A stretch of 64,000 nt of DNA from Spirochaetia bacterium (lineage in GTDB: Bacteria > Spirochaetota > Spirochaetia > SZUA-6 > Bin103): the NCBI GenBank assembly GCA_965203515.1, contig OZ241907.1, positions 960,001-1,024,000 on the forward strand, in the 5' to 3' direction. Shown here piece after piece: positions 50,630-60,656 of the stretch (positions are counted from its first letter, which is position 1; each line of letters begins with the position of its first letter). Under the pieces are notes generated by a model, which ran no database searches, was not told the DNA's origin, and saw only the letters and a list, made by a program, of their open reading frames with translations. A program made the translations under genes and the position numbers.

Positions 50630-51525
50630 GTCAGCGAGTACGCGCCCGCCTGCCCCAGGCGCTTGACGAACAGGTTTGCGGCGACCAGCGCGGCCAGACC
50701 GACCAGGTTCTGGAACAGGCCGGCGGCCGCGGCAAAGCTGTACCGGAACTCCTCCAGCCCCATGCGGTAGATGTAGGTGCCGAGTATGTCGCCGAAATCG
50801 TACACCAGCGGGTTGTAGAGGTTGAATATCTGGTCGAAGCCGTGCTCCAGGATGTTGCCGAGCTGCAGCAGGAACAGGATGACGATCACGAAGGTGATGG
50901 AGGGCAGGGTGATGTGGCGCATCTTCCGGATGCGCCCGGCGCCGTCGATCTCGGCCGACTCGTAGAGGCCCGGATCGATGCCGCTGATCGCCGCCAGGTA
51001 GATGATCGACCCCCAGCCGATCCCCTTCCAGATGTCCGACGCCAGGACGATGCCCAGGAACCAGTCCGAGCGCTGCAGGAACAGGATCGGGCCCCCGCCG
51101 CCGAGCGCCTCGACCAGCAGGTTGAGCGGGCCGTTGCTGGCGGTCAGCGGCCGGATCATGCTGGCCACCACCACCCACGACAGGAAGTGCGGCAGGTAGC
51201 TGATCGTCTGCACCACGCGCTTGAAGCGCAGGTGTCTGATTTCGTTCAACAGCAGCGCAAAGACGATCGGCATGAAGAAGGCGATGCCCATGCGCAGCAC
51301 GCCGTTGATGAAGATCGTGTTGCGCAGCACGCGGAAGAAATCGGGGGCCGCCAGCAGGCGGTCGAAGTACTTCCAGCCCGCCCAGGGGCTGCCGAACAGG
51401 CCCAGGGTGACGTTGAACTGCTTCCAGGCCAGCACGATGCCGGCCATCGGCACGTAGCGGAACACCACGAACAGCAGCAACGCCGGGATCAGGAGCAGGT
51501 AGCGCTCCCGGTACTTGCGGATCAC
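50626..51525 (-). CDS. Carbohydrate ABC transporter permease (LplB-like)
   Basis: FRYVPM, SPWAGWKYF, QTISYLPHFLSWVV, WKGIGWGSIIYLAA, LYESAEIDGA; GTG overlaps the upstream helicase stop. Confidence 0.9.
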   Translation of the reverse strand: MIRKYRERYLLLIPALLLFVVFRYVPMAGIVLAWKQFNVTLGLFGSPWAGWKYFDRLLAAPDFFRVLRNTIFINGVLRMGIAFFMPIVFALLLNEIRHLRFKRVVQTISYLPHFLSWVVVASMIRPLTASNGPLNLLVEALGGGGPILFLQRSDWFLGIVLASDIWKGIGWGSIIYLAAISGIDPGLYESAEIDGAGRIRKMRHITLPSITFVIVILFLLQLGNILEHGFDQIFNLYNPLVYDFGDILGTYIYRMGLEEFRYSFAAAAGLFQNLVGLAALVAANLFVKRLGQAGAYSLT

Positions 51526-54500
51526 CGGTCCGGCGGCGGATCGGCGATGAGCGACAGTTGCTCGATCTTGCGGGTCACCCGCGCGACGTCGCGCTTCCGG
51601 TCGCGGCGCCGCCAGATCGCCAGCGCGTCGTGGTGCCGCCCCTCGCGTTCGTACACGCGCGCCAGCCCGATCTCGTCGCCGGCCGCCTGGCAGCAGCGGC
51701 GCGCGTCGTCGAAGTGCCCGGCGTCCCGAAAGGTCCTGGCCGCATCCCGCAGCTCGCCGGCTTCTTCCAGGAGGCGTCCGGCCCGGCCGTGGTCGTCGTG
51801 CAGCCGGCACACGCTCGCCGCCTCATGCACGTCGCCGAGTTCGCGCAGCACCTCGGCCGCCGTCCGGTAGTGGGTGGGGCTGCGCGCGAACAGCAGGTAG
51901 TTCCCGGCGGTCGGCGTGACGTCGTGCAGCCGCGCATCCAGCTCGTCCAGTTCGCCTATCAAACCGCACAGCTGCAGTTCGGGATCGCCGGTCTCCTCGA
52001 TCGCGCGCGCGAGCCGCTCGGCGAAGGACGCCCGCCGCCACTGCTCATCATCCGGGTCGTTCGCGATATGCCGGGTCATGATCAGGACGATCTGGTTGAG
52101 CAGGCGCAGATCGATGAGCATCTCGCACAACTCGTCGAACAGGGGGATCGTCATGCTGGCGTACCTGGGCTGGGAGGCCAGGATGCCGGCGACGCGCTCG
52201 CGCCGGTCGACTTCGTCGCCGCGGTACAGGCCGGCGTGCAGCAGGCGCACGACGATCTCCAGGTAGGCGTCGGACTGATTCCACAGACCCTCCAGCGAGC
52301 CGTCCCGGGCGCGCGCAAGCCGCTCCAATTCGTCGAGCGGAAGCACCAGGTCGGGCCGTGCGTCGAGATAGGCGGAGGCGCGGTCGGCGTAACCATGCCG
52401 CAGAAAGAAGCGGATCGCCTCTTCGTGCCGTTCGAGCCGCGCATACTCCCCGCAGACATCGTCGACGTAGGGCGCCCCCCTTGCCGGCCCCCCGATGACC
52501 AACTCCAGCGCCAGGAAGTGGGCCAGGGCGCGTTCGTGCTCGCCGGCCGCCCGCAGGCGCCTGCCGGCACGGTTCAACTGCTCGATCCGCTCGGGGCGTC
52601 CTTCCCACGCGTGGAACACGTACGCGCACAGGTAGTCGATCTCCTTCTTCTGGAGGTCGGGATCGCCGGTGCGGGCGATCTCCTGCGCCGCTTCGCGGTA
52701 CCGGCCGACCCGCCCCAGACAGGCGGCGGCGGGCGCGTGCGCGCCGGCCTGCCGGTACAGTTCGATGGCGCGCGGAAGCTGCCCCTGCCGGCGTTCGAAG
52801 ATGCGCGCCGCCGCCTCGGTCCGCCCCAGGGCGGCCAGGCGGACCGCCGCCTTGATCCCCGGCCGCTTCGGGCTGATCGCCGCCAGTCGCCGTTCCAGGT
52901 CGGCCCGGTTGCGCTCCGCGCGCCCGACGTAGGTGCGGAAGCACTCGATGGCTCGATCCAGGTTGTCCAGTTTCTCGAACAGCAGGCCCGCTTCGTAATA
53001 CGCCTCGCTGCGCAGCAGGCAGCGCAGCAACGCGTGATCGTCTTTCAGGCGCCGGTACAGGGGAACGGCCTTGTGGTGCTGGCCGGCGCGTTCGAACTCG
53101 TGGGCCGCCTCCTCCGGCAGGCCGGCGCGCCGGAACTGCACCGCCGCGGCGGCGTGATCGCCGGCGAGTTTCAGGTGGCGCGCCGCATCGGCTCGCCGGT
53201 CGCGGCTCAGGTAGTGCTCGGCGAGCAGGCGGTGCTCGCCGGCCCGCTCCCAGTTGCGCACCATGCGCTGCTCGTCGCCCAGTTGCCGCCATCGCGCGGC
53301 GGCCTTGACGTAGCGGCCGTCCGCCTCGAAGTGGCGCGCGTCGCAGGTCAGGGCGCGGCGTTCGTCGCCGGCGCGGCGCCACGCGCGCGCCGCTTCGCGG
53401 AAGGCTTCGCCGCGCTCCAGGTTCTCCGCCGCCCGCGCCGGGTAGCCGCGCCCGGCGAACAGGTCGGCCGCGGCGCGGTGATCGCCCTCCCGTTCCAGCC
53501 GGTGCGCGCGCGCCAGCTCCTCCCTGGCCGGCGCGGCGGCGTTGCGGTAGCACTCCTCGGCGGCGGCGAAGTGCTCGCGGTCGAAGAAGTAGTCCCCCTG
53601 GAGCTCCCACTCGGCGGGGCTCGACACGCGCTGCCAGAGGGTGGCGAGCGCCTGCGGGTCGCCGGAGCGGAACACGTGCTCGGCCAGCCCGCCGATCGTC
53701 CAGACCGGTCCGGCGTCCGGACCGTCCCAGATCACCAGGGTGTTGCGCGCGCGCGTCACGGCCACGTACAGCAGGTTGATCTCGTGCCGGACGTGCGGCG
53801 CGTCCGCGTCCGCGTGGCGGCGTTCCTGGGCGATGCGGCGCCAGCGCGCCGCCGAGCCGTCCGACTCCGTGAACCGCCAGAGCAGCACGGCGTCGAACTC
53901 CAGGCCCTTGGCGTCGTTGATGGTGAACACCAGCTCGGTCCGCAGCTCCGCGCGCAGGCGGTCGCGTTCCGCCGGCGTGCGCACCAGCACGACCTGACCG
54001 GCGCCGGCGCGGCGCATGGCGCGCAGCAGCTCCGGTTCGGAGACGCCGTCGACCAGCAGCGGCGGCCGGCCGCGGAAGGTCCAGCGCTCGGCGATCTCGC
54101 CGCCGGCCAGACCGACCAGCGACCGTTTCAGCGCCAGCAGCTCGTTGGCCAGGGCGACGATGTTGCCGACGCTGCGGAAGTTGACGCTGAGGTTGATCAC
54201 CTCCGGGACGCGCAGGCCGCGCTCGTAGTAGCGGGCGCGCACCTCCTCCCAGCGGAATCCGCTGGGGTTGATGATCTGCTTGGGGTCGCCGGCCAGCACC
54301 GTGCGCAGCGGGTCGGCGGCCAGCCGGAACAGCAGCGCCAACTGCACGTCGGTGAAGTCCTGCACCTCGTCGCACACGACCAGGTCGTAGCGGAATCGGT
54401 CATCGTCCTGCTCCAGCCGTTGCAGGGCGGCGCGCGTCAGGTCGATCTCGTCGAAGCGGGAGCTCCGCTCCAGGCGGTCCTGGTAGTACTCGGCGATCCG

Positions 54501-55940
54501 GTGGATGTCGCGGCGGTCGAACGGGAAGTTGGGCGCCCGCTTGCGGCCCAGGCTTTCGTATTCGCGCAACGTCAGCAGCGGCCGGCCGAGGCGCGCCGCC
54601 TGCTTGTCGAGCAGGCGCAACGCCGCCTCCAGCAGGGCCGTCTGGTCGGCGAAGCGCGGCGCGTCCCCGTCGCGCACGCCGGCGGCGAACTCCTGCAGCG
54701 TCGCGATCGAGGTGCGGCGTTCGCGCACCGCGTCGAGCTTGGCGCCGAGCTCCAGGTTGCCCAACCGCACCAGGTACTCGGCCAGCTCGGCGCGCTCCCG
54801 CATGGTCGCCTGCGAGCGGACGAAGCGCTCGGCCAGCTCCGCGAAGCGCCGGCGGCTCACGGGCGGCTTGGCGCCCTTGATGATCGAGCGTATCTCCTCC
54901 CACACCAGCTCGGCGTCGTAGCGGTTGGCGCCCGGATGGTTGTGGAAGATGTCGCGGAACTCCCGCAGCCCGGCCGGCGGCTGCGCGGACGCCGGCCCGC
55001 CGGCGGAGAGGATCTCGCGCAGCAGCTCGGCGAAGGTGGCGAAGCGCGCCGCCTCCGGGGCCGCTTCCAGGTCGGTCGCCGTCACCAGGCCGCGGTAGAT
55101 GCGCTCCGAGAAGCGCTTCAGGTGCGGGCTGCCGGTGACGAACAGGGCGCGCTCGCGGGCCGCCGCGGAGGCGGCGGCGGGGATGCCGGCGTCCGGGCCG
55201 TCACCGTCCGCGGCGCCGGCGAGCTGGCGGGCGCGGTGGCGCAGCAGGTAGTAGACGGCGATGGTCGTCTTGCCGCTGCCGGCGGTTCCCGACAGCAGCA
55301 CCGGCGGCTCGCTGTGCAGCAGGCGCGCCTGCTCGCCGGTCAGGAAGAGGTAGAGTTGCACGCCGTCGGGGTCTGCGGCGGCCAGCAGCCGGCGCCATTC
55401 TTCGTCGTCGACGACCAGCCAGCGCTGCGGCCCGGCGTCCGGCGCGTCGCCGTCCGGGGCGCCGCCGGCGCGGGCGGTGGCCGGTGCGGTGGAGAACGGG
55501 CGCTCGATCGCCGCGCCCAGGTGCTCGTCGGGCAGGTCGTCCAGGATCAGGTCCGGGACCTCTTCGGCCTGGTCGGCGTGGAAGTCCAGGAACGGCGCGT
55601 TGGCGGCGACGATGCGGCGCTCGGCCGCGGTGACGTCGTCGTGCTTGACCACGCCCCAGACGTAGATGCGGGTCGCGCCGGCGCCGCCGGCAGGGCCGCC
55701 GGGCGCGGCGGCGGCGGGCGGGCGCCCCAGCGTGAACAGGATGCGGTCGCCGCGCGTCAGCCGCGCCTCGAAGACGGAGCGCCCGCCCCTGAGCTTCTTG
55801 ACGCGGACGCCGATGTCCCACATGCCGTGCCGCAGGAATTCCAGCTTCTCGCGCAGGCGCTCCTTCTGGCGGCTGCCGAGCGAGGCGAGGTGCGATCGGA
55901 CCGCGTCGTGGAGGAGCAGGAGGTATTGTCGTTGCTGCAT
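51522..55940 (-). CDS. Large SF1 (UvrD-like) helicase with N-terminal RelE/ParE-like domain and C-terminal TPR-like repeats (TRANK1-like)
   Basis: LSGTAGSGKTT, CDEVQD, AGDPKQII, NFRS, KGLEFDAV, LYVAVTRAR; N-terminal VFEARLTRGDRILFTL...IYVWGVVKHD; many AA...AG helical repeats. Confidence 0.85.
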   Translation of the reverse strand: MQQRQYLLLLHDAVRSHLASLGSRQKERLREKLEFLRHGMWDIGVRVKKLRGGRSVFEARLTRGDRILFTLGRPPAAAAPGGPAGGAGATRIYVWGVVKHDDVTAAERRIVAANAPFLDFHADQAEEVPDLILDDLPDEHLGAAIERPFSTAPATARAGGAPDGDAPDAGPQRWLVVDDEEWRRLLAAADPDGVQLYLFLTGEQARLLHSEPPVLLSGTAGSGKTTIAVYYLLRHRARQLAGAADGDGPDAGIPAAASAAARERALFVTGSPHLKRFSERIYRGLVTATDLEAAPEAARFATFAELLREILSAGGPASAQPPAGLREFRDIFHNHPGANRYDAELVWEEIRSIIKGAKPPVSRRRFAELAERFVRSQATMRERAELAEYLVRLGNLELGAKLDAVRERRTSIATLQEFAAGVRDGDAPRFADQTALLEAALRLLDKQAARLGRPLLTLREYESLGRKRAPNFPFDRRDIHRIAEYYQDRLERSSRFDEIDLTRAALQRLEQDDDRFRYDLVVCDEVQDFTDVQLALLFRLAADPLRTVLAGDPKQIINPSGFRWEEVRARYYERGLRVPEVINLSVNFRSVGNIVALANELLALKRSLVGLAGGEIAERWTFRGRPPLLVDGVSEPELLRAMRRAGAGQVVLVRTPAERDRLRAELRTELVFTINDAKGLEFDAVLLWRFTESDGSAARWRRIAQERRHADADAPHVRHEINLLYVAVTRARNTLVIWDGPDAGPVWTIGGLAEHVFRSGDPQALATLWQRVSSPAEWELQGDYFFDREHFAAAEECYRNAAAPAREELARAHRLEREGDHRAAADLFAGRGYPARAAENLERGEAFREAARAWRRAGDERRALTCDARHFEADGRYVKAAARWRQLGDEQRMVRNWERAGEHRLLAEHYLSRDRRADAARHLKLAGDHAAAAVQFRRAGLPEEAAHEFERAGQHHKAVPLYRRLKDDHALLRCLLRSEAYYEAGLLFEKLDNLDRAIECFRTYVGRAERNRADLERRLAAISPKRPGIKAAVRLAALGRTEAAARIFERRQGQLPRAIELYRQAGAHAPAAACLGRVGRYREAAQEIARTGDPDLQKKEIDYLCAYVFHAWEGRPERIEQLNRAGRRLRAAGEHERALAHFLALELVIGGPARGAPYVDDVCGEYARLERHEEAIRFFLRHGYADRASAYLDARPDLVLPLDELERLARARDGSLEGLWNQSDAYLEIVVRLLHAGLYRGDEVDRRERVAGILASQPRYASMTIPLFDELCEMLIDLRLLNQIVLIMTRHIANDPDDEQWRRASFAERLARAIEETGDPELQLCGLIGELDELDARLHDVTPTAGNYLLFARSPTHYRTAAEVLRELGDVHEAASVCRLHDDHGRAGRLLEEAGELRDAARTFRDAGHFDDARRCCQAAGDEIGLARVYEREGRHHDALAIWRRRDRKRDVARVTRKIEQLSLIADPPPDR

Positions 55941-56023
55941 GAGTGGACGGCGCCGCGCCATCGTACCCCATCCGGCGGGGTGGGTGCGTCACCCCCAGTG
56001 GACCGGACCGAGCGCCTTGACGC

Positions 56024-56040
56024 TTGACGTCCGCCGTCAA
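56024..56040. promoter_or_regulatory. Palindrome TTGACG-N5-CGTCAA upstream of higB, putative HigA operator overlapping a -35 element
   Basis: Perfect 6-bp inverted repeat in the divergent helicase/higBA intergenic region. Confidence 0.5.
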
Positions 56041-56063
56041 TGCTCGCCAAGCTGGGGGCCGTC

Positions 56064-56348
56064 GTGATTCTTGGATACCGGGACAAGCGAACCGAGCGGT
56101 TCGCCTCCGGAGAACGGGTCCCGGCGTTCCAGGAATTCGAGAGGCAGGCGGCGAAGCGACTGGCGATCCTGGACGCGGCACCGTCATTGGACACGTTGAG
56201 AGCGTTGCCAAGCAATCGTCTGGAAGCCCTCAAAGGGGATAGACAAGGGCAGTACGCGATTCGGGTAAACCTGCAATGGCGTATCTGCTTCTCATGGCCC
56301 ACGAGCAGTCAGGGTCCGATCGATGTCGAAATCATCGACTATCATTAG
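56064..56348 (+). CDS. higB: HigB toxin (RelE/ParE family, plasmid-maintenance killer type)
   Basis: LRALPSNRLEALKGDRQGQYAIRVNLQWRICFSW...DVEIIDYH. Confidence 0.9.
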   Translation: MILGYRDKRTERFASGERVPAFQEFERQAAKRLAILDAAPSLDTLRALPSNRLEALKGDRQGQYAIRVNLQWRICFSWPTSSQGPIDVEIIDYH

Positions 56349-56419
56349 GAGAGCGAGGTGTAGCAATGTGATACGTAACTGAGCAGCAGCTTATGAACTT
56401 TGTCTAAATGGAGATGAGA

Positions 56420-56722
56420 ATGTTTAAGAGAGCCGTTCATCCTGGAGAGGTTCTGCGAGACGAGCTCGCGGAAATGGGAGTGAGCCGGACCACCTTTGCG
56501 CGCGAAATCGCCGTGCCGCCGAATCGTGTCGGACAGATCATCGCCGGAAAGCGTTCCGTGACGGGGGACACTGCCTTGCGATTCGGGCATTGGTTCGGAG
56601 TCGATCCTCAATTCTGGCTGAATCTGCAGGCTCAGTTCGACTTGGTGACCGCCGATCAGCGAGTCGGAGCGGTCATCCGGGAGCTGCCCACCGCAGACCG
56701 AGTCGAGACCGGGTATGAATGA
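56420..56722 (+). CDS. higA: HigA antitoxin (HTH)
   Basis: VHPGEVLRDEL...VPPNRVGQIIAGKRSVTGDTALR...FWLNLQAQFDL. Confidence 0.9.
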   Translation: MFKRAVHPGEVLRDELAEMGVSRTTFAREIAVPPNRVGQIIAGKRSVTGDTALRFGHWFGVDPQFWLNLQAQFDLVTADQRVGAVIRELPTADRVETGYE

Positions 56723-56728
56723 ACCCGC

Positions 56729-57703
56729 TCAACGTTGATCGATCGTCTCGGCTCGCGTGAAGTTCATGTACCTGCCGGACGAAATCCGGCGCGCCCGCTG
56801 GCGACCGGTGACGCCGAGCGCGGCCCGCGTCGCCTCGTCGTCCAGACCGCCATGGCCGATCAAGGCGCGGGCGGCGGCAAGGCTGATCGGCGCTCGCCAG
56901 ATCGGCCAAGTGAAGGAGAAGGCGCCGTGATCCCGGGAGCCGCCGAGTAGCTCCAATCGAATGTCCGGTCCCCTCCGACGCGGCGTCACGGTCAAGACGG
57001 ACAGACCGACCGCGGCGAGTCGGTTGGCGCCGTGCTGGGTGGTCTCCTTGGTCTTCGCGTCGGTCGGATCGGTCGCGCGAAGTGCGTGGCGCACGTCCTC
57101 ATGCGGGTCCCAGCGAAACGACTGCGTCGCATCCAACCGTTCCCACGGGAGGAACAGCGCTTCGCGAAGGCACTCGCCTTCCGTGATCGCGACCTTGGAG
57201 CGGCCCGTGCCTCGGGCAGGAGGCGTCCGTTCCTGCAGCACGGAGCCCAACCGTTCCAGGAAGTGTTGGCGACCTTGGCCGAACAACAGACACAGCGGCG
57301 TCGGTTCCGCTTCCTGTTGCTTGTCCCGATCGCGAATCGCGGCGTCACTCACCAGTGCCGCCCACAGGTCGGCGGCATAGCGATCATCGCGGGACGCGCG
57401 GAGCTTTCCGGCGGCGTCCTCCGGCGACAACTTCAAGTCCTTGACCGGTTCGAAGCGATGCCGGCCAGCCAGTTCCGCCAGCCCGGCCGCTACGGCCGTC
57501 ACGATCGAATCTTCCGACACCGGCTGAGCCACGTGCAGCACCGGCCGCACCGGCGGGTCGTCGACAGTCCACGAGACTCGCGGCAGCCACGACGGCTCGG
57601 CTTCTTCGAGAACCCGCAGCAGCCCCAGCAGCGCCATGAAGGCGAGCAGATTGTCCGGCTCGAGGCCGCTCAGACGGTGGCGTATCTCTGCGTTCATTGC
57701 CAT
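56729..57703 (-). CDS. csb3: Type I-G large subunit Cas8g (Csb3-like, short form)
   Basis: LSGLEPDNLLAFMALLG, LFGQGRQHF, FRWDPHED, GANRLAAVGL, FTWPIW; TGATG-coupled to cas3. Confidence 0.75.
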   Translation of the reverse strand: MAMNAEIRHRLSGLEPDNLLAFMALLGLLRVLEEAEPSWLPRVSWTVDDPPVRPVLHVAQPVSEDSIVTAVAAGLAELAGRHRFEPVKDLKLSPEDAAGKLRASRDDRYAADLWAALVSDAAIRDRDKQQEAEPTPLCLLFGQGRQHFLERLGSVLQERTPPARGTGRSKVAITEGECLREALFLPWERLDATQSFRWDPHEDVRHALRATDPTDAKTKETTQHGANRLAAVGLSVLTVTPRRRGPDIRLELLGGSRDHGAFSFTWPIWRAPISLAAARALIGHGGLDDEATRAALGVTGRQRARRISSGRYMNFTRAETIDQR

Positions 57704-60651
57704 CAACTCCCGTCGGACGCTCGATGGTCGGCAAGGCGCAGGATCGTCTCCAGCCGCGCAAGTCCCCAGGTCCCATAGTTCCGTTTGAGCCGCTCGAACA
57801 TGGTGGCCCAATCAAGGCCGTCGTAGGCGAAGGCGAGCGACTGCGGCCCCGGACCGGGTCCCACGCGCCATCGGTCGACATCCAGGCAGCGGGACAGACC
57901 GTGCCCGGCGGTGCTTGCCTGCGGGTCGGCGAAGCCGAAGAACGGCCGCCCCAGTCCGTGGTGGGTCCCGATGAGCCACAACACGAGAGCGGGATCATGC
58001 GCCTCCGCAAAGCGACGGTGCGCCATCGCCATCCGTACCGACAGCGCCTCATGCCGCCACCCGTCCGGCAAGCCGGCTCGCTGCCACGCGTTTGGCGAGG
58101 ATGGTCTTCCGCTCTTGGCCCGCGGCGGACCGTCGGGACGGTTCCACCAGTCGCCGCCGGACAGAAACGTCTGGAAGCGTGAGTCGGCCTTTCCGGCGTC
58201 GTGCAGGAACGCGGCGAGGCTCAGGTCGGCGGCTACCTTCGCCGGCATGCCAAGAGTTCGCGTGAAGCGCTCTACGAACGCGACGACATCGCTGCAATGG
58301 TCATTCACCGTGACCGGATGGCCCGGTTGGCGCGACGTGTGCGAGAGCGTTTCGTCTTCGGTGACCGGCGCTGCCAGATCACTTTCGCTGGATTCTCCCA
58401 TGAGGCCGTGAGGCGCCACGAGGATGGCGCCGCTCGCGGGATTGCCTTGTTCGTAAGGGAAGTGCAACCTGATCCGTCCTCTCGCGTCTCTGAGCGACAT
58501 GAGCGGTGCGCGGACGCAGCGCGGCGGCATGTCCTCGTCGGTCGTACCGGCGTCAGCTTCCGCGGTCTCGGCCGGGAGTGCGTCCAGAAGGAGTTCCACC
58601 AGCTCGCGCCCGTCGGCCCCGTCGGCTCCGAGCGCTTCCTCGACGCGTTCCCACTCCGCATCGCTGCGGACCGTGTCGCGGGCTACGCGGACCGAGTAGC
58701 GCCGGTGGCGATAGGGCCACATCGCTTCGTGGGCCATGTCCCTGACGGGCCGTTGTCGATCGGTCGAGCGCCCCGGTTCCTTGGCGATCGGGTTCCAGCC
58801 GAATTCGTCGCACCCGCCGTACTCCGCGGGAACGATCAGCAGGTCGCCGGGTCGCAGGTCCTCCGCGCTGACGATCCCGGTCCGAGGGTCGTCGGACCCA
58901 GCCCATCGAAATACCTTCGTTCCCGTCCGCTCCGTTCGTCCGGCCCGGTCTGACTCGTCCCGCGCCGGCACGTCGGCGATAGCCGCGCGCGCAGAACGGC
59001 CGTTCAGCCATGCGGTCACAGACCAGATCGGAAGCTCAACCATCTCGGCGGTGCGTGGCGGAACCAGCTCCATGATCGTCTTGAGATCGGTGCCGGTTTC
59101 GTCGCTCAGGTCGGATGAGTCAATGTCGCTTCGCCATACGAGGGATACGTCGGCGGACGCGCGATCGGCTCCATGGAGGAACAGACCGACCTCCGGGTCG
59201 GCGGCCGGCGGCGGCGAGGTCTGCGACCAGAGATCGAGATATGCAGGCATCAGAACCGGCGCCTGCGCGCGGGGAGCGGCAAGTTCGGCGGCATCGAGAG
59301 CAGCCTCGTTCAGGCGGCGTTGGAACGCCGTCACGCCGAAGTCCAGGTCACCATCGCCGGCGATCAGGGTAAGGGCGTTCCAGGTCTTGCGAATGCGGTC
59401 GCCGTAGATGGGATCGTCGGCCTTCTTGCTCAATTCGTCGGCCATCACGAGGATGGCGCCGGCTGCCGGAATCGCTCGGCCGGCGCGGTTCAATCGTCCG
59501 AAGCGCTGGCGGAGCGCATCGAGAGGGGCGGCCTGCGTTACCAACCCGTCGAGGTCGAGATCGACCCCCACCTCCAGGCACTGGGTGGCGACGACGAACA
59601 AGGCGGCAGCGTCATCGCGGGCGCCGGTATGATATGGAGCAAGCTGGCACGCGATCCGGTCTCGGTCGACGTCGCGCGAACGGCCGATCATCAGCAGGGC
59701 CTCAGACGAAGATGCGCTCTTGCTCCGCAGCTTGCGGAAGATCTCGCGCGCCAGATCTACCCGGTTCACGACGACGCCGACCGCCGGCGACGGCACGCCG
59801 CCGGTTCGCAACCGATCCGCCATCTTGATGGCGGCATCGGTAAAGGCATCCGCAGCGGGTGTCCGAACCGGCTTCTCCAGGCTGGTCGGTTTCGATGCTT
59901 CGAGCCGCTCCTTCAGGATGGGATGGACGCGATCGTCGGGCGTAAGGGAAAAGGTCCGTTGTTCCGAATCCCCCGGCGTCGCCGAGAGGAGAGCGGTCTT
60001 GATACGCGTGCCCCCGATCTGTTGCACGTCGGCGAGGGTACGCCGGAACGGTTCGGACAGATGCGCTTCGTCGAGGAGGATCAAGCTGTCCGAACCCAGG
60101 AGGCCGGCGTGTACGGGTCTCATACGGTTGGAGACCCCGTAACCGCGGAACAGAAGTCGTGATCCGACCTGATCGACGGTCGAGCAGACGATCGTCGGCT
60201 GCGTCGGGGTTCGTGCCCAGTCATGTTCCAGTGGCGCTCCGCCGCGCAGCTTCCGAGCAACGAGCGGCGGCGCGCCGTCGCCGGCCAGGAGTTGCAGCCG
60301 GTCCGCGACTTCCCGGACCACCGCGCTGCCGTTCTTCTCGTCGGACGGAGGAGCGGCGAGGGCGCTGGCTATTCTCTCGGCCCGTGCGAACGCGTCATCC
60401 ACCACCAGCCGCCGGTCGACGACCAGCGCCATCCTCAACGCTGCCTTCCGCGGCGCGTCCGCGCGCAGCGCCAGATGAAACACGGCAATATCCAAGGCCG
60501 CCGTCTTGCCGGCGCCGGTAGGCAAGTCCAATACCGGCGGCCAAGCATCGTCTTCGGCAAGCAGATCGATCAGTGCCTGCTGCCAGGGGAACGGATCGTG
60601 GTCGTGCACTGCGCGGAAGTAGTGGGCGAAATCGCTCGGACCAAGCTGCAT
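57703..60651 (-). CDS. cas3: Type I-G Cas3 helicase with C-terminal HD nuclease
   Basis: PFPWQ, LPTGAGKT, VVDRRLVVDD, STVDQVGSRLLFRGYG, DEAH, QRFGRLNR; C-terminal H...LHDAGKAD...RHE...HHG...RLAD. Confidence 0.95.
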   Translation of the reverse strand: MQLGPSDFAHYFRAVHDHDPFPWQQALIDLLAEDDAWPPVLDLPTGAGKTAALDIAVFHLALRADAPRKAALRMALVVDRRLVVDDAFARAERIASALAAPPSDEKNGSAVVREVADRLQLLAGDGAPPLVARKLRGGAPLEHDWARTPTQPTIVCSTVDQVGSRLLFRGYGVSNRMRPVHAGLLGSDSLILLDEAHLSEPFRRTLADVQQIGGTRIKTALLSATPGDSEQRTFSLTPDDRVHPILKERLEASKPTSLEKPVRTPAADAFTDAAIKMADRLRTGGVPSPAVGVVVNRVDLAREIFRKLRSKSASSSEALLMIGRSRDVDRDRIACQLAPYHTGARDDAAALFVVATQCLEVGVDLDLDGLVTQAAPLDALRQRFGRLNRAGRAIPAAGAILVMADELSKKADDPIYGDRIRKTWNALTLIAGDGDLDFGVTAFQRRLNEAALDAAELAAPRAQAPVLMPAYLDLWSQTSPPPAADPEVGLFLHGADRASADVSLVWRSDIDSSDLSDETGTDLKTIMELVPPRTAEMVELPIWSVTAWLNGRSARAAIADVPARDESDRAGRTERTGTKVFRWAGSDDPRTGIVSAEDLRPGDLLIVPAEYGGCDEFGWNPIAKEPGRSTDRQRPVRDMAHEAMWPYRHRRYSVRVARDTVRSDAEWERVEEALGADGADGRELVELLLDALPAETAEADAGTTDEDMPPRCVRAPLMSLRDARGRIRLHFPYEQGNPASGAILVAPHGLMGESSESDLAAPVTEDETLSHTSRQPGHPVTVNDHCSDVVAFVERFTRTLGMPAKVAADLSLAAFLHDAGKADSRFQTFLSGGDWWNRPDGPPRAKSGRPSSPNAWQRAGLPDGWRHEALSVRMAMAHRRFAEAHDPALVLWLIGTHHGLGRPFFGFADPQASTAGHGLSRCLDVDRWRVGPGPGPQSLAFAYDGLDWATMFERLKRNYGTWGLARLETILRLADHRASDGS

Positions 60652-60656
60652 GCGCG

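Noticed and set aside
56349..56419. AT-rich gap between higB and higA with an ATG-TGA mini-ORF
   Set aside because: No repeat, structure or match to the spacer was visible; insufficient evidence.
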